Origin: Octopus vulgaris
Lineage: Eukaryota
Length of the DNA: 64,000 bases
Assembly: GCA_951406725.2 (NCBI GenBank)
Contig: OX597823.1
Location: 35,774,001 to 35,838,000 of the forward strand
Direction: 5' to 3'
Shown here: in pieces, positions 55,169-64,000 of the stretch
Position numbering within the stretch: the first letter of the stretch is position 1
Layout: each line of letters starts with the position of its first letter
The notes under the pieces: generated by a model
What the model saw: the letters and a program-made list of their open reading frames with translations, nothing else
The model's database searches: none
Told to the model about the DNA's origin: nothing
Made by a program: the position numbers and the translations under genes

Positions 55169-56503
55169 CTATAAACAAGATAATAGGTATTAACACTTTA
55201 GCTGTCCCAGTTATAAGTTACAGCTACAATATCCTTAACTGGACACTAAATGAACTGACCAAAATAGATAGGAAAACAAGAAAAATAGTGACAGGATCTA
55301 GGATGCATCACCCAAAATCTGACATAGAAAGACTATATATGCAACGTATAGAAGGTGGTAGAGGCCTTATACAGCTGGAAAACTACTATAAAATAACCAC
55401 CATAGGACTGCAAAAATATCTACTTCAGAAGGAAGGAAAACTGATACAAATAGCGGCAAAATACGAGCAAAACAAAAAACTGTTCTCAGTATTTAAGGAA
55501 GCTGATAAATACAAACAAGAAATCATACCACCTAATAAATATGAAGAAGAAGAAGAAGAAGAAGATGAAGAAACAACAAAAGCTATAAAACAAATGAAAT
55601 CCAAACTAAAACTAGAACAGCAAAGTACCATGATAAAACGATGGCAAGAAAAGCCTCTTCATGGTAAATACTGAACTAAGCTAAATTCAAAAGAAATAGA
55701 CAAAGAAAAATCCCAGCAATGGTTGAGAAGCTCAGGACTCAAAGTAGAGACAGAGGGATTTTTAATTGCAGCACAAGACCAAAGCCTCCCCACCAGAAAT
55801 TACCAAAAACATGTAATGAAAAGAAACATAACAAGTAACTACAGAATATGTGGAGATGGACAAGAAACAATAAATCATATTATCTCTGGCTGCCCAGTCC
55901 TGGCTAAGAAAGAATATATTCACAGACATGACAGAGTTGGAACCTACATACTCTGGAAGCTATGCCAATATTATGGAATAACAACAGAAAAAAGATGGTA
56001 TAGGCACACACCAGAAATGGTCACAGGAAACGAGAAAGCAACCATACTCTGGGATATGCCGATACACACAGATAGAGAAATTAAGGCCAACAGACCAGAT
56101 ATAGTTGTCAGAGATCATGAAGAAAAAAATGCTTTCTAATTGATGTATCAATACCGGCAGATGACAACGTGTCTCTAAAAGAAATGGAGAAACTTTCAAA
56201 ATACAAAGACCTGGAAATAGAGGTAACCCAGAATGTGGAATCTAAAAACAGAAACAATCCCTATCATAATAGGTGCATTAGGCATGATAAAAAAATATTC
56301 AGACAAATACATAACAAAAACACCAGGACTTACAAACACATATAACATACAGAAAATTGCACTACTAGGCACTGCACACATCCTACGCAGAACACTTTCC
56401 ATACAATAACCATCAGAGCATCACAACAAATCACAGCACATACCCAAGGCACACAGAGCTGCGCTCGGTAGTGAAGTGAAAGCACGCTATAAAAATAAAA
56501 CTA

Positions 56504-56506
<3 letters not shown>
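55168..56506 (+). mobile_element. 5'-truncated R4/Dong element inserted in the (AAT)n linker of the SINE
   Basis: INTLAVPVISYS, HPKSDIERLY...GGRGL, LHGKY, ETEGFLIAAQDQ, ETINHIISGC...RHDRVG, NRPDIVV, KYKDL, IQKIALLGTAHILR. (AAT)n on both sides. Confidence 0.93.
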
Positions 56507-56591
<85 letters not shown>

Positions 56592-56639
56592 TCGAAAAAT
56601 ACCTTGGGAATGAGATCCCAGATTCGAAATTTCCCGAAG

Positions 56640-56683
56640 ACACCTGATGAAGGCTGGAGGGTATATCAGCCGAAATGTTGTGT
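56640..56683 (+). ncRNA. Minimal hammerhead, right arm
   Basis: acac-CTGATGA-a-ggctg(gagggtatat)cagcc-GAAAt-GTT-gtgt. Confidence 0.72.
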
Positions 56684-59002
56684 TAACAACAAACATGGTG
56701 AGGACAAATATCCGTCAAATGTAAATAAGTGATATATTGTTTTCAGGTCTTTACTGTTATACGCTTTGTGGATTTTTTCAGAAATATCCGACTACCATTT
56801 GTTTTTCATTTCTCGTATCTTTCTTTGGAGTGATGATTTTATGCTTTTGAGAGACTGCAGTAAAGGATTTTTATCCTCAACTGGGGCACCGAGGTATTTT
56901 TGATGCATCTTATTTCTATTTTTCAAGAAGTTTATTGATCTGTAGATCGTTTTCATCAAACCAGTCCCGATGTTTTCTGTTTTGAGACCAAGAACCTCAA
57001 CTCCAACATTGTAAATAGTAGTCTTAAACTGAGCCTAAGTTCCATAAAATTCTACTTCTTTTTGCCTGCACCTTTGAGTCCCTTAATTTCAACACATCAA
57101 TACGTTCAGGGACTTTTATTCCTCCAGATCTTAATCTACGCATGACGCGGAGTTTCAATTTACCGTGTATGAATATATGGTCAGATCCACATTCGGCACC
57201 TCGCATGACTCGGACAGTGCAAACATCAGGAAGGTCTCGTTTCCTGGTGATGAGATAATCAAGAATATGCCCATGTTTGGATCTTGGGTGCGTCCAGGTT
57301 GCTTTATGGATATCCTTCTGATGAAAAACAGTGTTGTAGATGATGAAATCAAGTTCAGTGCAGAGCTGAAGAAGACGGAGACATTAGTGCTCATTTTGCC
57401 CAAACCATGTCTCCCTAGTGCATCCCAGGTCTCATAATCGCATCCAACACGGGCATTGAAATCGGCAAGAAGGAAGATCTTATCTGCATTTGGAATCGAC
57501 ACCATAACCAATCTAAGATCTTCACAGAAAACCATAATAGATTCACTGCTGCTATCAAGTGTAATAAATAACAGTCATAAAACGATTGTATGATAGAGGA
57601 GCTCGAAGTTACTCAATCCTATCACTGAAACCAATAGGTTGTTCTATTTTGTGGGTTAACTCAGTACGAATGGCAAAGCCAACACTCCCTATTCGTTTTT
57701 CACCCCTTGTTTACCCTTCCAAAAGAAAGTGTATCCAACACCTGTTTTTGTCAATTGATCTTCATTACTCAACCGAGTCTCAGAGAGTCTCAACGTTATA
57801 CCGAGCCAACTCCTTGGCTATTATGCCAGTTCGCTGTTCAGGGCTACTTGACCCTTCATGATCAAGAAGTGTCTTGACATTCCATACCCATAATCTATAT
57901 GTCTTGCTTGCGTGTGTTCTCTTTGTATTCCTCTTGATGTATTGAACAGCCGTCAGCTGAAGGTTGCTGACCAGCTTGATGGTAGAACGGGCATTTGTTT
58001 GGGTTACCTTTTCTAGACCTTTCCCAGATTTCTGAGTGAGCAGTGCTACTCTAGAGAGGGCTGCTCAGACGCTCTCGACCTCACCGAGGTATGTTGCTGT
58101 TCTTTCAACAATGCAGTGATGTTAGATGGGCCCTGAGCCGCCCACATGCAGATTCGTGGCTACGCGCTCCCAGCCCGTTAAGCCTGCACATGTCGCCACT
58201 ATTCCCTCGCCGTGGGACTTGAAGAGATATCTGTACATTTAAATACTAATGCCATACGCTTGTACGACACCCACTTCTTCCCCAAAATCTGATATCCAGT
58301 GACAAACCAAGGCAAGATGACTGGGTGATTATGGAGGTCGCATTTTTTATTATCCCGGAGTTTAACTTCTCCAGTGGTTTTATATCAGAGTGTCCTTCTC
58401 CCAGTCTTTGCCCAACCAAAGGCTAACTGCAAGACAGCAGTGAAGGATTTGAATTCGGAGTTACCTTCTCCTAGACAAATTGCCTTACCCACGGCTTTAT
58501 TAAACCTAAGAGCTCCATCTACATCCACAAATATACACAAATCAAATAAAATAAAATAAATAAAATGTACATATATGTATATAGTTGGCTGAATTGTGGA
58601 TGTGTGTACCAGGTGCATGTTTAGTGTGGTGAACTGTGGGTGAGTATTGGGTGTGTGTGTGTATATATATTTACATTTTTAATTTTTGGTTGTATGTGTG
58701 TATATTACGTGTAAGTGTTTTTTCTTCATCTTTGAGGGAACTGATATTTTATGTGTGCGTGTGTGTGTGTATAAATTGTTATAAACCCAAAGAAGTGTAG
58801 GAATAGAAAAAACGAAGTTGAAAATGCACAATGAATATATTATAGTTAAGTAGAATTTAATCACGTTTTAAAATATAGGAATACATTTAACCGGTTTCAC
58901 ATTAGATTTTCAAAAGTGTATAGTGTGTGAAACTGTGTTGCGAATTGTCTTATTTTGCCATTATAAAGATATGCTCCTTACGAGATCAGCGACGCGCTTA
59001 CT

Positions 59003-59057
59003 AAAAAGGACTCTGGCGCGTTCTTTTTCATTCAAAAAGGACTCTGGCGCGTTCTTT
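59003..59057 (+). repeat. 24-bp direct repeat aaaaaggactctggcgcgttcttt, 31-bp period
   Basis: Direct reading. Confidence 0.9.
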
Positions 59058-59089
59058 CTTTCAAGTAGTGTCTGTTTTAATTCAATGAG

Positions 59090-60450
59090 TCTTTTATTCT
59101 GAACATCCAGTTCTGGAACTTCGTCAGGGAATTGTTTTAGCTAAAAGGCTATTACTCTTAGTCCGTACCCGTGTGGGATGGCAGTATAAAGATTTACTAC
59201 ATAATAATTATGATATCTCTGTTAACTTTTTCGGGAGATGGCTAAATCAGTTCGGTTATCCTTAAGAAACTTAGTGTAAATGTTAAGAGAGGTTCTACCA
59301 TTATGTCAAGGAAGTTACTAAGTCTGTGGGTTTTACAGGCTGGGCCTACCACAATTGGTTTTAATTCGGAAAGGGTACGATTAATATCTTTCACAAAGGT
59401 AGATTGATTAATGATGTCTTTGTAAATATCATTAATTGTTTTATTTTTGTGGATTTGGGAAATTCCGTAGAAGAAACGGGTTTCGGCTTTAAAATTGGTT
59501 AGATAATTAATTTCTTTACTAGTTAAACTTTTTCCTGATGGCTTATGACTGTGTTAATTTTAGACATCGTTTTTGTTAGTTGGAAGTTATTTACTATTTT
59601 ATAGTGGGTGGTGTCATGAAGTAGAGTTAATGCAGAATTTTTGTATTATTCCATATTCATAATAACTACAACACTTCCCTTATCAGCTTCTTTTATAACT
59701 ATGTCAATATTATTTTTTAAGTCATATATACATTTCCATTCTTTTCGACTAGTGTTGGACGTCGGTTTAGGACGTGGAAATTCACTGTAAGGGAAGGCGG
59801 ATGCAAACTCACGAAATTTGTGTGATGCTTTGATTCCCACTTTTTTTGGGGTTGTAATTGCTTTTGTTTTGTGCAGTGGACTGATCAGTGTTATCTTTAT
59901 CGAAAAGTTCGTCTGCTAATCTTGATTTTCTACAAAAAATTGAAATATCATTTCGTATTTCACTGAGGATAGGATGCTGTGGTTTCGGGGTAAATTTTAG
60001 ACCTTTTGAAATGATTTGTTCTTCTGGGAATTTTAAGCTGTAAAGATTTATCATTTTAGGTTTCATATATTTATCATGTACCATTGGATGTCTTCTGGGT
60101 TTAAAAAATGGTTTGTGATTTTTGTTCTTTTGATTGTGTTCCGAGGTTATATACTCCGTTTCTATCCAGTTTTCCGGAATAATTGTAATCCTTTGAATGC
60201 TTAAATAAATGTTTCTCTTGTCATATTTGCAGTTTCTTTGTGTATATTGGGATATCTGGTTTTGAATGTTGTTCTATCTTGGTGGAGAGGGGTTTAGTGG
60301 GCTTATTTTATTGTATGGAAAACTTGGAATTTGTGTTGTTTCTTGTAAATCTTTGGTGAGTACAAGTCTTCATTTTCGATGTTTATTTTGTCGTTTGTAA
60401 ATATAACTGGTGTGTTTTAATTTTTTTAGAAGTGGATTAGCATTGTTTTC
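59090..60450 (-). mobile_element. Decayed PLE, N-terminal region and RT start
   Basis: ISKGLKFTPKP, LKNNIDIVIKEADKGSVVVIMN, FYGISQIHK, LKPIVVGPAC, VVNLYTAIPH. Confidence 0.85.
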
Positions 60451-60832
60451 TGTTTGAAACCCCTTTCCCAAAGTCGAAGTGATGTCGATTCTTCATCTAC
60501 ACATTGTTCTCTCTAGAGTTTATCTGTACTTTCAAACACAATACCGTTACTTAACTATAAATACTTAACTATAAATACCGATAAAATTATCATATTACCC
60601 GATTGAAATAAAGAATAGTGGTCGATTCGATCGACTAAAATTCCATGGAGAAGCTGTATCAGTATGGCTGCAGTCTTGTCAGTGAAGCCTTTAAAAGAAT
60701 AAAACAATGAATATTGGAAATATTCGATATTCGATAAAAGAATAATGGCTAATGTTTGGTGTAAGTATTCCAGACCTTGTGGTCTTGGATAGAATGACCT
60801 TTGAATATCGAGATTGATCTGGGGCTAAACTG

Positions 60833-60857
60833 CATCATTATCATCATCATTATCATC

Positions 60858-60891
<34 letters not shown>

Positions 60892-60948
60892 ATATCATCT
60901 TCATCATATTCATCTTCAACAGAAGCATCAGCATCAGCAGCAACAACA
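60833..60948. repeat. (CAT)n/(CAG)n imperfect microsatellite
   Basis: Direct reading. Confidence 0.9.
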
Positions 60949-61124
60949 AACATAAATTTAAATTTTATTTCTAATAGACTAAAGCAATAAAGACAGATCG
61001 AGACGGCAAATGATTAAAGAATTGTCGCAGAAATAATGTGATACGCCATTCAGAGAAATGAGTTTTGCCGACATTTTATTCTAAAACTGAAAATATTTCT
61101 GAAAATACATCTTGTGGAGGTGGG

Positions 61125-61226
61125 GTGGAATGTCTTCTACTATAGCGTTGGGACCACTCCCCACATATTTATATATATGCTTCAGCATGGCCATAGTTGA
61201 ATGACAGAAACAAGAAAAAGATAAAA
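61125..61226 (+). mobile_element. Decayed SINE pieces including the CR1-like tail (a similar remnant lies near 60620-60705)
   Basis: tgtcttctactatagc... and cagcatggccatagttgaatgacagaaacaagaaaaag. Confidence 0.55.
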
Positions 61227-62559
61227 TATTATAAACTACAGAGGAAAGTAACTTCAGAGCAACTGAATTCCAGAAAAAAACCCTTCTTAAACCACTTTTA
61301 TTTTTAAGCGAAATTTTATAAATAGGATCTGAAGCATAACGAGAAGCTAATTAACCAATAAAATTGAAGACAGAATGTAAATGACATTGTTAGAGGAATT
61401 GTATATAAATAACCTTCATGAGTGCGGAAAATAACTTAGTTAAATTGTCAAATAGCAGCAATGTTAAAATTACTTCCAAATGTAGTTAGGCAGAAATGAT
61501 TAAATTTAGACAAAAATTGATTTGTGCAACTGAGATAAAAAATCGTTTTAACAGTAAATTTAGAGCGTGTTCCTAGAATGATGCACAGTTGCGAAGCAAC
61601 GTGACAATAACTATAACAAAGGCAGCGTCTGGAGAAATAACATCGTTAATAAATAAATAGTAATATGCACGTTTAGATACAAATATATAAACGGTACAAT
61701 ACACACATGTATATATGTGTTCAACGTTGATTTATAACGAGCAAATCAGAAAGAAATACTCAGTACATAATGTAGAGTATACACTTTATTTTAACTAAAT
61801 GTTGTTACGTTTCGTAAGTTTCATCCCTCTGTGTTCTTCTAATGTGAACTCTTGGATGTTTATGTTCGTTGGTGTGGATGTGAACTATTATTGCCGTCTG
61901 TTTATTGGTTTAATTTTGCATTTGTTCATTGGTTAATGCTTTTTTGCACTCTACATTAGTTGTTTTTGTTGCCTAATGCTTACTTTCGTTAAAAATATCC
62001 AAAATAGACAAAACTCCACGAGTAAAAGCATTTATTTAGTGCCCTATTTAACTTGAACGCAGCAACATATGTGGCAAGACATATATCCTAGGACTAACCA
62101 ACAAACACTTCCTAACAGAACGTAAATATCACAACCTATTCAACAAACACAGCACAAAAGTTAGTTAGGCTGCACAAAATTAAACACACATTACAATTAT
62201 TGAAAAACAATAGACTAAGGAATATGCGACATATTCATGCAAACTAATGCAAGTTCACAAGATCAAAAACATGACTTAGAAGTATATTTAGATCTTCCTG
62301 TGGAGCAGAATCTAAATGTTCTTATATCTACGGATTTTACCGTATCTATTTAGACATCGCTATATCTTAGTATAAGCCTTTACTAGTGTATCTGGGGAAA
62401 CCAGACTTGACATATCTGTTAATTCCTAGTTCAGGATGTTGAATTTTGAGCTGAGTTGTTTTCTAGGTTTTTTAATTTCTCGATGTTATTCCCTGCGTTC
62501 ATATCTACAAGATTATTGTGAACATACTAGAAGTCTATTTTATGTTGTCTTGATAACAC

Positions 62560-62601
<42 letters not shown>

Positions 62602-64000
62602 CGTGTGTGCGTGTGTGTAGTGTCTAGATTCTAGAAGTTGTTCATCAGTTGTTCTTCATCAAAGACAGATTGTCCCTGAGAATGCCTTCGCGCTCGCTTA
62701 TAACTAACTATTATTGAATGCAAGGGTTCATATAATACCGGTTATATTAGATGAATGATAAAGAACCGTGGGTATATGAAAACATTGTAGATGTCATGTC
62801 AAGCTTGATCTTTGTTTGATCCATGCAGTACCATCAGAGAAATGGATTGTGAAGAAACATATTTCAGCATCAGCGCCGACAGCTGCTCACTGCTTAGGTA
62901 TTTCTGTATTTTTTCTGCCAGCAAGAAAAAAATAAATGCTTAACAAAGGAATCAATAAATTTGAATATTATTCAGGTATTTTGAGGGTTTGTATTGGCGC
63001 GAGTACACACACTTATAAGAGATTTTCGATTAAAACACTTTCATTCTATATCTGGTACTGATGAACTATGTTGACATTAAAGATAATAGAAAAATGAAAA
63101 TAAAATCTGTAAAAGCAATTAATTTGCAAATATGTCATTCCACTTTATAACTGATATGAAAGGAGCGGATTTGCCTTGCAGTGAATTAACGTTCGTTTCC
63201 TTTTATGTTCTCTTTTTTCAGTATTGCAGTTTACGTTCAATATGAATGTTGCTTTAGGGGAAGTATGCGGCAGAACAAGTGTTGCGCTGGACAAAGGAAC
63301 TTGGAAGTTTTTATTCACATTCTGAAGTCAGAACCTGATCTTCACCTATGCTTTTCATCCTACTGCGGGCAACTTCCTTCATCCCACAGAAATTTCTAAC
63401 GAGTCATTGTTCTTATGGCTTCAGCTATCTTATGGAAAATTCTCAAGATTTAAAATTTACAATTTAAATACATTCACCCAGTTTAGAAAAGCAAGTACAA
63501 TTATCTTGTTTCATTTTTTTCTGTACATATTCAGCAATAAATTAGTCACCTGTTACTGAAAGATAATTGAATTTCTATTCTTCAAGATTAGCAAAAGTTA
63601 TTGCTTGTTTCAATATATTTTTCTTAGTCGTTTTCTTTGAGACATTAACTCGAGAAAAGAACATCGACTATAGAGATTGTTAGAGTAATTATTCGTTATT
63701 GTCAGCGTAGTTTATAATATTTGCTTTATTTTTTATTCATTTATTCTTTGTTGTTTCAGATGTTGAATTGTTAAATCTTAACCGTAATTCATCTAACATT
63801 AAATAATTTAGATTGTCAAACTTTAGAAATTAAGTCACTCTGTCAGCTACGAAAAATGACTTTAATCACATGCGAGACCACAATTTGTAGGTAGTCGATA
63901 CAGCTGACTCTTCCATACTTATTTCATTTTATTGATGCCGATGAAAAACCAGAAAGATCAATCCTAATATTGAGTTTATTGCCTTATTTTACAGCAGACA

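Larger units (their letters stand above)
54705..56726. mobile_element. Head-to-head dimer of a tRNA-headed, hammerhead-tailed SINE with 15-bp TSD
   Basis: TSD aagtgatatattgtt at 54690-54704 and 56727-56741. The symmetry centre is near 54944. Each arm is tRNA-like head, (AAT/AAC)n, then body with a hammerhead. Confidence 0.87.
52900..58500 (-). mobile_element. Near full-length decayed RTE/BovB-like LINE, interrupted at 54705-56726
   Basis: APE motifs: WNVKTLLD, RTGIIAKELARYNV, LADFNARVG, GSDH. RT motifs: ASGLDGIP, NYRST.LL, ESQCGF, GVKQG, LIYTDD, FGLTISLKKT, LLYSSETW. Confidence 0.92.

Overview
AT-rich, microsatellite-dense metazoan genomic DNA. The SINE families and repeat content suggest a cephalopod such as Octopus, which is an inference from recalled repeats and was not checked. 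No host protein-coding gene can be supported, and most short ORFs in the track are translated (TA)n, (CA)n, (TAGA)n or (TAA)n repeats. The window is a nested transposon graveyard: CR1-type LINEs, several Penelope-like elements (PLEs), R4/Dong-type elements sitting in (TAA)n, a HERO-like element, an RTE/BovB-like LINE, a deleted Gypsy, a Sola-like transposase, a Tigger-like MITE and tRNA-derived SINEs. Five things stand out. (1) At 54705-56726 a tRNA-headed SINE with a hammerhead-ribozyme tail is integrated as a head-to-head palindromic dimer with a 15-bp TSD inside an RTE. (2) At 13290-16931 two ORF1-only CCHC retroelements both end at the same site in a SINE head. (3) At least five distinct families of minimal type-I hammerhead motifs occur, with intact cores at 25332-25428 and in both arms of a 6.2-kb inverted-arm PLE. 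(4) The CR1 LINE and a SINE share a 3' tail. (5) Long head-to-head inverted repeats recur across the window. All alignments and folds were read by eye, and boundaries of degenerate elements are approximate.
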